A DNA stretch of 64,000 bases, taken from assembly GCA_951406725.2 (NCBI GenBank), contig OX597832.1, positions 51,026,001 through 51,090,000 of the forward strand. The letters are read 5' to 3'. Below the pieces are notes generated by a model. That model did not search any database and was not told the origin of the DNA. It worked only from the letters and a program-made list of their open reading frames with translations. Positions 1 to 13,059 of the stretch are shown here, one piece after another. How positions within the stretch are numbered: position 1 is the stretch's first letter; each line of letters begins with the position of its first letter. The position numbers and the translations under genes are program-made. The DNA is from Octopus vulgaris. Taxonomy: Eukaryota.

Positions 1-780
1 AATTATGTTAAAAACTGCCGTTCAAACCGAAAAGATTCGAGGATTGTTTTGGTTGAGGCTAAGTCGATAAAGTGAAAAAGAAAGAGTCGTTGGAATAGTC
101 AGGCACCCTCGCGAGCCTATATATTGGTTTGAGTGAAGTGCAAAGTATTATCTACCTTTCACGAATATATATATATATATATAGACACACACACATATAT
201 TAGGGAGTATAACTCCAAACTTACAGGGAAAAATTCAATTTAGTATTAAATCAAATTTCACAATATATATATATATATATATAGAATATCAATTAGAGAA
301 AAAAAACAACTATTATGCAATTCAAGCAATATACTTATATATTGATTATTCATTTTTATACTTTTTGTGATCAAGTTATATGTTTTACAAAAATATATTT
401 ATTTTTTATTTATGATTTGGTTTATGTCTATCATTGTTTGAATTGCATAATAGTGGGTTTTTTTCTCTAATTTATATCATATATATATATATATATATAT
501 ATATGGAAAAAAGTCAAGGTAGAAAATGCTAAAATAATTTTATAAAAAACATTTCAGTACCGGTTTCAGTCATTGAGACTTTTTTAACTGTAAGTATGGA
601 AAACAATTAAATTTTGGAAAAATTTGCAATTATTTGAAGAATATTTGCATAGTATTTAAATACAGGGGGGTATTTCCCTAGTTTCTGCCTGTCTCTATCT
701 CTCGTTTACTCTTGTGGGTTCGAGGACGTTGTGAATTCTTGGCAGAGAAGAAGAAGAAGAAGAATGCGGGAGTGCCATGA

Positions 781-831
<51 letters not shown>

Positions 832-2784
832 CTATCACTGCCTCATAGACAGAAAAGGACCCAGATTAAGAGAGGAAATGTTTAAAAATTGAAATTGCTT
901 TGGAAAAATAATTCATTCAGAATCATAATTTTCATTGTATGATATACAGAAAAACTAACAGAAATGAAGGGGGCAAAAACTATAATCCATTGCCATTTTT
1001 CTTTCCCATGAAGTGGTAAAAGCTATTCCAGAATTCCGCCCCAGTGCTTGACTGGCGCTTTGTTTATCGACCCATAATGCATCATAGGTAAAGTTGACCG
1101 TAGCACGATTTGAACTCGCGAGTGGCTAAATGAATGCCGCAAAACATTCTAGTCGACGCTCTTACCGACTGTCGACTTCCTACGTCTAAGATTCCTAAAG
1201 ACACGCGTGATATATCATGACGGCGCCCCTACGACCCTGCTAAGAGTTGAGGACCCAATTAAAGAAAATATACAAACATATCTACACACACACATACACA
1301 CACCAGTACAACCTGTTGCATGGTCGGGTCGTCGGCGACTAAACCGGCAACCCCACCAAGCTTGCTTGGTGAGGAGGGTGTTTATTGGACACCCTGCGGG
1401 ATGAAAAACAAAACCCGTCAAAGGGCGGAGGAACTCTTGAGAGTCAACGGCCGTCCAATAAATGTCTTAAGGCTGTATCATGCGTGGGGACATAGAAATA
1501 ATCGGACTGAATACCTGATCGCGCGGTTAAACCATTGGGAGTGAAGGACTCCTAGCCTTTGTTAAGGCATCCTTCTAGGAGAAGGTAACTCAGGTAACTG
1601 GGATAACTCCGACATAAAACTGCGGCTCAGTGATTACCGATGATGCTGACTTGTTCTTCTTTTCGGATTATGGCTGTTGTTGCTTAGGATTGACTCAGTG
1701 CACAGCCTTTCCTCACTTTAAAAAATAATCTTCTTGCACAGGCATTGCACGATAACAACATTGATTAAGCTTCGCGCAATGGCCATACTTGATAACGAGG
1801 GGGCAGCCACCATGTATGTATGTATGTATGTATGTATGTATGTATATATCATGGGTAACATGCGGCCCGCCTCGCCAAGAACCATGTCTCATGCGGGCCG
1901 CTTCTCGAAAAAAGTTGCGCGCGCGTAATTATACCCGTCGCTAGCAATCCAGGATAATTTGGAAACAGAAACTACCATTGTTTCCTTTTATGCTATTATA
2001 TGTACAAATTTCGAAAGATTCATCCCTTAAATTTATCCACTTTCAACAAGATTTATATTCATAGTCGTTCATCCAAAGTTGCAAACAATGACCTGCCCTT
2101 CTGCACGAAATAAACCAGCGTATCTATTAATTAATCCATAATAGGCGAAGGGGTGGCTGTGTGGTAAGTAGCTGGCTTACCAACCACATGGTTCCGTGTT
2201 CAGTCCCACTGCGTAGCACCTTGGGCAAGTGTCTTCTAATATAGCCTCAGGTCGACCAAAGACTTGTGAGTGAAACCGAAAGAAGCCCATCGTATATATG
2301 TGTGTGTGTCTGTTTGTCCCCCCGATGCTGGTGTGTTTACGTCCCCGTAACCTAGCGGTTCGGCAATAAGTACTAGGCTTACAAAGAATAAGTCCGGGGT
2401 CGATTTGCTCGACTAAAGGCGGTGCTCCAGCATGGCCACAGTCAAATGACTGAAACAGGTAAGAGAGTAAAATAGTAATACAATTAAGGGCAGTCCTTCG
2501 GTATTGGTACACGACATTATTCACCCACACAACTTTCTAGGCTGAAAAGAGAGAGTGAATGACGTCGTCCCGTCCCCTCATACTGACCCTCTGTAGGCCA
2601 ATATTGAAGGATCGCCCAATAAGGGCTTACCAATAGGGGTTTGTTCTGTCACATCATCGCTGAACTTTCGATTAAAATTAAAATGAACGAGGCGTCCATA
2701 TCAAAATAATAAGCAAACTAAAGTTATTTTTCAATGAATAAAGACTATATTACATCGGAATAAAAGAAAATAACTAAACTATTT

Positions 2785-3218
2785 GGATCTTTTCGGTTTG
2801 AACGGCAGTTTTTTCTAGCGATGTCATATGAAATTGTCACCCATAATTATGACCCTAGTATCGATCTATTGCATTTCAATCTGTTTTAGGGTTAGTTAGG
2901 TTTAGGGTTAGGGTTAGGGGTGGGGGGAAGGGTATCTTTTTTCTTCAGAAATGTAAATAAACCCAATCTGTTTCTTAAACGAGGGGACATATTCATACGG
3001 CACAGAATGTTTTCACCTCAATAGACGTCATTGATTGGTTAAAATTGCAGAAATTGAAGAAAAAAAACAACAAATATCATACAAACTATAGAATTTTCTC
3101 AATAAAGCCAAGAGAAAAAGATGTTTTATAAACACATTATACCAGTATACGAAGTTTGAAAGTGTTTAGTTACGTGGAAATTATTTTAAAAAACTGCCGT
3201 TCAAAAGGAAAAGATGCC
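2785..3218. mobile_element. MITE, GGATCTTTTCGGTTTGAACGGCAG-TIR family (Merlin-like by GG terminus and 8-bp TSD)
   Basis: TIRs at both ends, internal TTAGGG-like tract, near-identical to 13457, 37400 and 45712; the end of another copy is at 1-39. Confidence 0.9.
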
Positions 3219-3378
3219 AGAAAATAACAAAACTATTTTGTTCGAAAATTCGATACGAGATAAACGAGAAAATAGAGCAAAAAATAAATAAAATCTATAG
3301 GAAAAAGAGCAAAGTTTCATAGTTAAACGAAAGCATTTTTTATTTTCTCGCAGTTCGATTGTTTATCTATTGTTTTGG

Positions 3379-4122
3379 TTACGCATCAGGTCTGGGATTT
3401 CGATTCATGCCGTGTTTGGCGGGTCTGATCACACACGATAAAATTTGATGGGGGCGAATTCTAAAATTACGAAAATGTTGCAGAGGTGGTTGAACTTTAT
3501 TCGTTGCCGAAGCTGTTGCGATGAGCGGTGGTTTTGGAGTATTTGTATGTTTATCTAAATTCGAACTATTCTTATTATTTTTGGACGTGGAAAAGATATT
3601 CGGATACCAACTGTAAACCATTTTAGCTAATAACACAAACAGAACGATACATAAGAAATCGAATGCCGGATCTGATCGGGAATCTTCATACTCCCGATTA
3701 TTATTCTCAACGCTGTTATTTATAGTGTATTCCAGACCACAAGAGTTGGCCAATACATAAGGATCATCAGAATAATCGAAGCCTTCGCAGGATATAGCGA
3801 GGTGTCCGAAACGGTATTTTTTATCCATGTTTGTTTTACAATCCCATAGGACATTGTTGCCATCCAAGCCTTTGTTGTAGCAATGGACTTGTTTTGGCAC
3901 AAAAGCATAACAGCCAGCCGACCCTCCAATACATTTCAATTGAGGAACTGGTGTCAGTCTTCTGGCAGTAGTCATTTGGTTTTGATACAAAGAAATAACC
4001 GTCACATCCTTCAGTAATATTTTTTCTCCTTCAGTTTTATGTAGAGATGTTAGTGATACGAAAGCAAACGCGAAAAAATATATAAATTCTGATCTTCTGG
4101 ATGTTGAGAAGGATGTCATCAT
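3379..4122 (-). CDS. SARAF: SARAF/TMEM66-like (store-operated calcium entry-associated regulatory factor), single-exon ORF, 247 aa
   Basis: Signal-peptide-like N-terminus, then KILLKDVTVISLY...TTARRLTPVPQLKCIGGSAGC...VHCYNKGLDGNNVLWDCKTNMDKKYRFG...SCEGFDYSDDPYVLANSCGLEY, matching the six-Cys SARAF luminal domain. A hydrophobic TM segment (FLCIVLFVLLAKMVY) follows. The cytosolic tail is short and divergent. Confidence 0.88.
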   Translation of the reverse strand: MMTSFSTSRRSEFIYFFAFAFVSLTSLHKTEGEKILLKDVTVISLYQNQMTTARRLTPVPQLKCIGGSAGCYAFVPKQVHCYNKGLDGNNVLWDCKTNMDKKYRFGHLAISCEGFDYSDDPYVLANSCGLEYTINNSVENNNREYEDSRSDPAFDFLCIVLFVLLAKMVYSWYPNIFSTSKNNKNSSNLDKHTNTPKPPLIATASATNKVQPPLQHFRNFRIRPHQILSCVIRPAKHGMNRNPRPDA

Positions 4123-4349
4123 TTTGACTACAATATTTTCTGAAAGTCGCGTCGAAGACCAGGAGCAGATAACTACGTTGCTTAACAGTAGTAAAACTTC
4201 TTACAACTCAAATAATTCAATAATTGACGAGAGAAAAGAACTTCTATATGGTCGCTTCATCTGCTAGAAATAGAAGCTAAATCTCCTCCAAAATACACCC
4301 CACGTTTTCATTCTGTTTTTAAAGAAATATAACATTGAATAATGAAATG

Positions 4350-4790
4350 GGATCTTTTCGCTTTGACCGGCAGATTTTTAAAATAATTTCTTTGTAACTA
4401 AACACTTTTTAAACTTCGTATACTGGTAGAATGTGTTTATAAAACATCTTTTTCATAAAAGTTTAATAACGATAATCTTTTATTCATACGAACGTAACTG
4501 ATATGAAATATGTCATAAATAACAGTGGCAAATTCATATAACACCGCAAATAATTGTTGTTGACACACTACGACAGAAATTGAATTCACCTCAATAGACG
4601 TCATTGATTGGTTGAAATTTCCGAAATGCAAGATATTAAACAACAAATAGCTTACAAACTACGGAATTTTCTCAAGGAAGCCAAAAGAAAAAGATGTTTT
4701 ATAAACACATTCTACCAGTATACGAAGCTTAAAAGTGTTTAGTTACAAAGAAATTATTTTTAAAATCTGCTGGTCAAAGTGAAAAGATCC
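4350..4790. mobile_element. Related MITE with long (~110 bp) TIRs
   Basis: GGATCTTTTCGCTTTGACCGGCAG...CTGCTGGTCAAAGTGAAAAGATCC; TSD ATGAAATG/ATGAAACG. Confidence 0.88.
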
Positions 4791-6242
4791 ATGAAACGTT
4801 TAGGGGTATGGGGAACGGGACAGTCACCGCTGGAATGTCTGTGATCATAGGCATAATCAATCAGAGCTCACCTGAGGCTAAGACTAAACACCAGTTGATG
4901 GCACATGATTCAATTCTTAAAAATTCGCCTTGTAATCACAAGAGCACGGGTTTGGGATCTTGAGCAAGTGTTTTCTACCCAACAACTTCAGGATAGTGGC
5001 TGAAATTGAATAGATTGAAACGGCGGAAGGTCTGAATTATAGGTAAAAATGAGTCCACAATGATAGTATCATTCAATAAGTAGGTACAGTGATTTTCTTG
5101 ATCGAATTACTGAAGTACTTATCGAAGAAAGCGACCGTTGATCTGTTTCTATTTTAGGCACAAGGATTGGTTCTTTGAACATTTAAATCTTGAGAGATCA
5201 ATGTGTCAAATAAGACGGAGCTTTCTTTTTTTGTTTACCGATTTCTTATCTAAGAAAGAAAAGATATGCATGTGTTAATCATCTACTCAAGTGTAGTACT
5301 GGCAGAATCCGTACAGCGCTTCGCATTCTAATCCCCTTGCTGGTGAATTTACCATGCATCCTTCTGGGGCCGTGATTTCCGGTATGACTCCGGAGGAATG
5401 CAAGTAACCCGTTGATATATATATAAAGAATACAAAATGGGACAAGAACGCAAAACATCCGAACAGTTAGGTGATACAAAAATGGGACAACAAAACATCC
5501 AGATAGACGATACAAAGAAAACAAGAACGGGTCATTCGAAGTTTTCTTTCTTCAGTCAAGTACCAGATTATCTTCGCAATTTCGGCTGATTATACTTGAA
5601 ATTGCTCCAATCTGGCCAGCCCCAAGGAAAATCTAAGCTAAGAGTATTAGATTCCTTGGAAGAAAGCAGCGAATGTATACAAAAACAAGGACGGGAAAAA
5701 AACGGACAATGTTACACAAATACAATAAAAATAATAACAGAACACACTAATATCACCATGTCGCGCACATATGGTTGTGATGCATGTGCCTGGTGTACCC
5801 TTATCAGACGGGTAGTCATGATGGGTATACTGGGCTTCGTATATTTTACCCCAGTGTCACTTTGATGGTATGCACTGCTTTCTCACTCAATGATAATAAT
5901 AAATTCGTTTATTGGCCACAAGAGTTTACAAAAAATTACATTAAAACACATACAACATAAAGGGCTTCGGCAAAAGAGACCGATAGAATAAGTACGAGGC
6001 TTACAAAGAGTAAGTCCTGGGATTGATTTGCTCGACTAAAGGCGGTGCTCCAACATGGCCGCAGTCAATTGACTGAAACAAGTAAAAGATTATTATTATT
6101 ATTATTATTATTATTACACGTTGTAAAACCCGTTGTACCGACTTATTCTATCGGTCTGTTTTGCCGAACCGCTAAGTTACGGGGACATAAACACACCAGC
6201 ATCGGTTGGCAAGCGATGTTGGGGGAACAAACACAGACATAA

Positions 6243-6295
<53 letters not shown>

Positions 6296-6717
6296 CGATA
6301 GGCTTCTTTCAGTTTCCATCTACCAAATCCACTCACAAGGCTTTGGTCGGCCCAAGGCTATAGTAGAAGACACTTGCCCAAGGTGCCACGCAGTGGGATT
6401 GAACCAGGAACCATGTAAGCTACTTACTCCTGCGCCTATAATAATAATAATAATAATAATAATAACTAATCGTTTCTAATGTGTAGGTTCAAGGCCAGGT
6501 ATTTAGCGGAGGGGTGGGGTTAGTCGTTTAAATCCATTCCAGTTCTTCACTGGAACTTTATTGTGTCAACCCCAGTGGGGGCGAAAACTAAGTCGGATCC
6601 TTTTGGATTCGAACTCACAAAGTAAAAGATCGCAACTAAATACCACGAAGTTTATTCTCTGACACTTTAACATTTCCCTCACCCACCACACCAGAGTAAG
6701 TAATAACAATAATCAAT

Positions 6718-6810
6718 GTAAACAAACCAAAGTGAAAACAAATAAAACGAAAATATAAAAAAACAACAATAATAATAAACAGCATCCGGGTCTTTGGTCG
6801 CTATGACGAC
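6718..6810 (+). promoter_or_regulatory. Candidate ciliary-gene promoter motifs: forkhead site GTAAACAAA (6718-6726) and imperfect RFX X-box-like palindrome GTCGCTATGACGAC (6797-6810)
   Basis: Motifs read directly, upstream of the candidate first PACRG exon. The right half of the X-box deviates from consensus. Function is inferred only. Confidence 0.25.
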
Positions 6811-6913
6811 ACTTCGCTTTGTTTCTCGGATCCCCCCCCCTCTCTCTCTCTCTTCAACTCTATCGTTTATTTAATCCCTCTTCGTTGTTCTATTTCTCTC
6901 CCACTACTACTCT

Positions 6914-6963
<50 letters not shown>

Positions 6964-7601
6964 GTTTGTCTGTCTATGTCTCTTTTTCTTATTGTATCTC
7001 TTTCTATCTTCTTTTCTAGTCTTGTTACCTTCAATCACATTGTCAGCCTCATTCATTCACACTTGGCAACCCTTCCTCTCTCTCTCTCTCTCTGGTTCAG
7101 TTCACTCTATCATCTCTTTCTCTCTCTCTCGCTTTCCTCACTATCTTTCTCCTAAAGACAAAGGACGAGAAAGTAAAGAAGAGAATAAGTGGCACAATGA
7201 TAGTAATAGAGAGAAAGTAAGCTTATAAAAACGTAACTAAGAAAGAAAGAAACCGAAAAGAGAAAGGGAAGAGGGAAAATAGTTATAAAAATAGAGACAG
7301 GTGAATAGTAAGAGAGAGAGAGAGAGGAGTCGATAGTGTGGGAGAGGAGAGAAAGAAAGAACAGAATAAGAGAGAAAGGAGAGAAAGAGTATAGGTCTAG
7401 TGAAAAGTGAGAGAGAAGAGCGAGAGAAGGAGAGAATAGAAAGAATAAGAGAGAAAAAGAGAGTGTGTGTGCGTGTCTGCATTCGAATTTGATCTGACGA
7501 TAAATCGAGTACGTGGATATTTTCTCCTGACATTCCACAGAAGACCAACAAAGTGGTGTTGCTTGGACCAAAGTACATCGTGTCAACTGAAACAAAAACG
7601 G

Positions 7602-7625
7602 ATGACGATGAAAAAAAAAGCATTC
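7602..7625 (+). CDS. PACRG: Tentative first coding segment of PACRG (MTMKKKAF), within a candidate exon 7541-7625
   Basis: Acceptor ttctcctgacattccacag ends at 7540 and a strong phase-0 donor GTAAGT starts at 7626. Splicing to 27087 gives MTMKKKAF|[10 protein letters not shown], comparable to vertebrate KAMMKNSV|VRGPPAAGAF. It implies a ~19.5-kb intron and is unproven. Confidence 0.35.
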
Positions 7626-9778
7626 GTAAGTGAATCTGGTCTCTCAAAGAAATTATTAGTTGAAGGAGCATTTACCAACCAAGCACTACAGAATCGCTTC
7701 AAGGTAAAGAGAAAAAAAGTTCGTTTGTGGTTTAATCCCAGGTCAGTCCTGACCGAACTGGTCCTATGTATTATCAAAGGCGTCCCAGCTGTGACCATTA
7801 CGTTTTTTTCTTTTTTTCTCACCCATCTCATCTCTTTCAAGCACAGTATATCTTCCGTAAGACGCAGTTTTTCCCCAAAATAATTTCTCAAAAACATCAC
7901 CCTGGGTCTCCTATAAGTTGTTTCAAATATTTAGGACACTAAAACTTTTCTCCCTGGATATGCACTGCTGAAATTCGGGTGCCTCCTTGCACGCTCGTAT
8001 ATCTTCTATACCATCAAATACAATAGTTATTAGCAGTGGTCCTCAGGCTGGGAAATAACAACCACCCCATCACAGAGATACACGATACCCTTTTCAAAAA
8101 TATTAGATATCTGTCTCCATTAATTTTGGACGGAAGGAACATTGCCAATGGCAAATTACATTGACCTTAACTTGTACTTTACCTTAAGTACTTGTTGACC
8201 TCGGCGGAATTTGAACCCAGAACGTAAAGAACTGAATTCTGTCAATCTCCCACCCTCTTTATCAATGAGAAAACGGAATATCATTTTCGTTTTGTCGCCA
8301 TAATGTTGGATAAATTCAAAAGCTTTAAAAGCATCTTAATTCTTTTTATCAACGCAATTTTCCGCTCCTTATTCAATGCTCAGAGGATAAACTCCTGGTG
8401 AGTGGAGAGCATGGCCATGGCCCGCTCCTATGAGAAACTCTGGTCTGACCCCCAGGTTCCAGATTCGATCCAGGAGACTTATATTTGATCAACGGTGTCC
8501 CAGCCGTAACCATTTATTTCTTGCTTTCCTTTTTTCTTTTAGAGACCAAATATATATCGGGCTACACATCCAGTATAACATTTTATTTATATATCTATCT
8601 ATCTGAGATGGTAGGCTTGTTGTCTAGTGACAGATTACCTCCTGTTCGAGCACGCCTTATGAATCGAGGACACCCCAGTCATGACCGTCCCGTTATTTTA
8701 GGGATGTGCAGAACTACGCTATCTATCCTTATTTAAGACAATATAGTGGGACTACAGGTAGATTTACCTGTTATTTCTAGCAGGATCAGTGACCACTTAA
8801 AGGCTTTGTGATAAACTTAGACGCTCAAGGTTTGACATATTTTAGAATCTCAATTGTTTTCGTTGTAATATTTTCAACGATATTTTTGTTTTATTTTATT
8901 TTATTTTATTTTATTCCCCCCATATTAAGTTGAGTATCGATTGTAGTTTAACCCTTGTATAAACCCTATGATCAAGGACATTCCAGCTATGACCGTCCTG
9001 CTATTTTTTTCTGGACATAATATATATTTCTTTATTGCCCACAAGGGGCTAAACATAGAGAGGACAAACAAGGACAGACAAAGGGATTAAGTCGATTACA
9101 TCGACCCCAGTGCAAAACTGGTACTTTTATTTATCGACCCCCGAAAGGATGAAAGGCAAAGTCGACCTCGGCGGAATTTGAACTCAGAACGTAACGTGGA
9201 CATAATATAATATGCCCAACTACATTGTCAAACAAGATGTATCTTTCCTTCTTTTAAAAACCGTAGAATGTAATATGAAGGTAGTATCATTGGCTGTTGT
9301 TTCTAGCGGGGTTAACTTGTTATAGGGGCACCCTCGTTGGCTTGAATAGTTGTTGACGGTTCTGACGATCAAGACAACGACCATGACCAACACGTCGACG
9401 ACGATGATGATAACGATTATTGGTAAAGGTGTTTATAATAGCGATGGTGTCGACGATGTTGATGGGGAAACTTAAGTTGCTAATGGTGATAGTGATGATG
9501 ATGATAATGATGATGGTGACGGAAGTTGTGTTTATAATGATGTAAGCTGTGATGATAAGTGTTGATGTTTGTTTTTGTTGTTCTTTTTTTATTTTGAATA
9601 TAACTTTATACGCATATTGCGTCTGTGTGTATGTGTAAGATTAATCACTTATGTATGTGTACGCATATACACAAATATTGCCGGCGAATATATGGCTATT
9701 GTGATTTCATTATTGTTTGCGCCACTATCTAATCAATCTATGTGTGTTTCTTTCTCTCTCTCCCTCTCTGTCTCTCTA

Positions 9779-10335
<557 letters not shown>

Positions 10336-10796
10336 TTGGGACGTTTTGTTGAAGTTTCTATGACTCCATCTATACCTGTTTTCAAGAGTTAGTAACGAAA
10401 TATCAGAGCTGAGCCACGACTTTGACAAAATGGTAACTAAGATAATAACAACAAACTCTTAAACGTAAACACACACACATATACATAGATTCGTAGACAA
10501 AGATAAAACAAATGGCTGTTCACAATAGCATGAAAGGCAAGCTTTATCACACATACACAAAAAAAAGCCACTTATAGGTCCCTCCTGTGTTTAAAGTTAT
10601 ATATGTGTATGTGTGCATATGTATATATGTATGTTATGTATGTATACATGTTTATGTATGTATATATATATGTATATGAGTATACGAATATATATGAGTA
10701 CAAGGAAATGTATGTCTGTGTGTATATTTGTGAGTGTGTGTGTATAAATATGTATATGTATTATGTATATATATCATTCATAAACATTTATATACC

Positions 10797-11405
10797 GTAG
10801 TTCTAGCCCCAGGAGGACACCTCCTCCAGCTTGCTATAGACACACTTTCTGTACCCTATCAGTATTTGCAAAGGGAAGCCAGAAATACTGATAGGGCACA
10901 GAAAGTGTGTCTATAGCCAGCTGGAGGAGGTGTCCTCCTGGGGCTACAAACTACAGTAGCATCCACCCTTAGGGGTTTAGCCATATTTAAATGGCAAATA
11001 TACGTCGCGATGTGTTGTAGCTACTGTTTATAACTCTCTCTGAGATTTATTATTGCTCATTTATATACCAATATACATCAAAGTTTTCGATTTTCACTGA
11101 ACACTGGTAAATACCGGAGAACTAGGATGCAAACATCCCTTAAAGGGTTAGGGTTAGGGTTGGCATGATTATATATGCGTGTGTGTGTGTGTGTGTGTGT
11201 GTACATGTCTATGTATGTATATATAAATATATATATATATATACATCATGACGTATATTTGCCATTTGAATATGGCTAAACCCCTAAAGGTGGATGCTAC
11301 TGTGGTTTGTAGCCCCAGGAGGACACCTCCCCCAGCTGGCTTTAGACACACTTTCTGTACCCTACCAGTGTTTGCAAAGGGAAGCCATCCTTCCCGTCGC
11401 TCTAA
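10797..11405. repeat. Fold-back cluster of three alternating-orientation copies of an unclassified repeat (another copy at ~62280-62437)
   Basis: tagccccaggaggacacctc..cagctggct.tagacacactttctgt.ccct in +/-/+ orientation. Confidence 0.85.
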
Positions 11406-12702
11406 GATTTATTATATATATAATAAGAGATATACACATATATATCTAGATGCGTATATATTCATATACAAATGTGTGTGCCTGTGTGTGTTTTACTAAT
11501 ATTCAGTAGAAGTAACAGAGTGACTCAAGATCTGAGAGTTTCGCTTTATTCATTTCTTTTAATCATGAGTTACAAACGCATTTCAAGGACTGAGAATTTC
11601 ACTTGTGAAACATATTATCCTTCATCATCCTCATTTTCAACATCCTCTTTTCTATGCTACAGACGGGGTCTGATTAGGCAGATTTTTATGCAGCCGGACG
11701 CCCTTCATGTTCCTAACCCATTCTTGTTTCCAAGCAAAGTATTATTTCCTCATGACCGAACATGATTTTGCGGTATACCGAAAATGAATGCAGCAAGAGG
11801 GAAATTAACTCATGTCTCGCTACATGAAAGACTTTGCTTGGAGACACACACGTATACATCTATTTATTATTTCTTTACTACCCACAAGGGGCTAAACATA
11901 GAGAGGACAAACAAGGACAGACAAACGGATTAAGTCGATTACTTCGACATCAGTGCGTAACTGGTACTAAATTTATCGACCCCGAAAGGATGAAAGGCAA
12001 AGTCGACCTCGGCGGAATTTGAACTCAGAACGTAGCGGCAGACGAAATAGTGCTAAGCATTTCGCCCAGCGTGCTAACATTTCTGCCAGCTCGCCGTTAT
12101 AACCATCTCGCGCATATATAACAGGCTTCCGTCTACCAAATTCATTTACAAGACTTTGGTTGGTCCAGGGCTATTGTAGAAGACACTTACTTGTCCAAGA
12201 TGCCAGGCAGTGGGACTGAACTCGGAACTATGTGCAGATATGAGTTAAACACTCATATCTGCATCTATGTATATGCCTATATATCTATTTCTTTACTACC
12301 CACAAGAGGCTAAACAAAGAGAGGACAAACAAGGACAGACAAACGGATTAAGTCGATACTTATTTAATCGACCCCGAAAGGATGAAAGGCAAAGTCCACC
12401 TCGACGGAATTTGAACTCACAACGTAACGGCAGACGAAATACGGCTACTCATTTCGCCCGGCGTGCTAACGTTTCTGCCACCTCGCCGCCCTATATATAT
12501 GCCTATATATCCTTATATGTATGTGCCTGTGCGTGCGTTTCAACTGAAACGTAAATATGTATATATAAATCGATATGTATATATCGTCACCGAAAGATAT
12601 GCACATAAAAAAACCCAGAGAAGTAGAGAAAACAGCAGAGTAAATTAGATAATGATAGTTATGGCCATAACTATCTTTATCGCATACATATATATATATA
12701 TA

Positions 12703-12843
12703 TTTCCCGTCCAAAAAGGTTTTAGCTTTATGGCGTATCGTCAGATTCCCAAAACCTGTTGGCCCACGACCTCTTGTCATGGGTCAACAGGTTTTGGGAA
12801 TCTGACGATACGCCATAAAGCTAAACCCTTTCTGGACGGGAAA
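12703..12843. repeat. Near-perfect ~68-bp inverted repeat with 5-nt loop
   Basis: Left arm 12703-12770, loop CTCTT, right arm 12776-12843. Confidence 0.93.
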
Positions 12844-13059
12844 CCTCAGGTAATCCCATAAACCGTCCTTCGCCATTTTTTATATATACTGCTCTACATC
12901 TTACAGTGTGCTTCTTTCGGATTTAGGTTTTTTTACAAACGATGTGTGAGTGTGTGTGTGGTGTGTGTGGTGCGTGTGCGCGCGTGTGTGTATGTATGTA
13001 TAGTATGTATATTGTCAATGTATCATATATCTGAATAAGGATTATATGATGCATTAAGG

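Noticed and set aside
290-471. ~40-bp inverted arms between (TA)n tracts
   Set aside because: Probably a small AT-rich MITE or repeat remnant; nothing supports a function.
2887-2932. Telomere or interstitial telomere
   Set aside because: Only a few TTAGGG units, carried internally by a MITE family.
5520-5610. CTGAAGA-containing hammerhead candidate on the minus strand
   Set aside because: No GAAA-stem III-UH arrangement could be completed.
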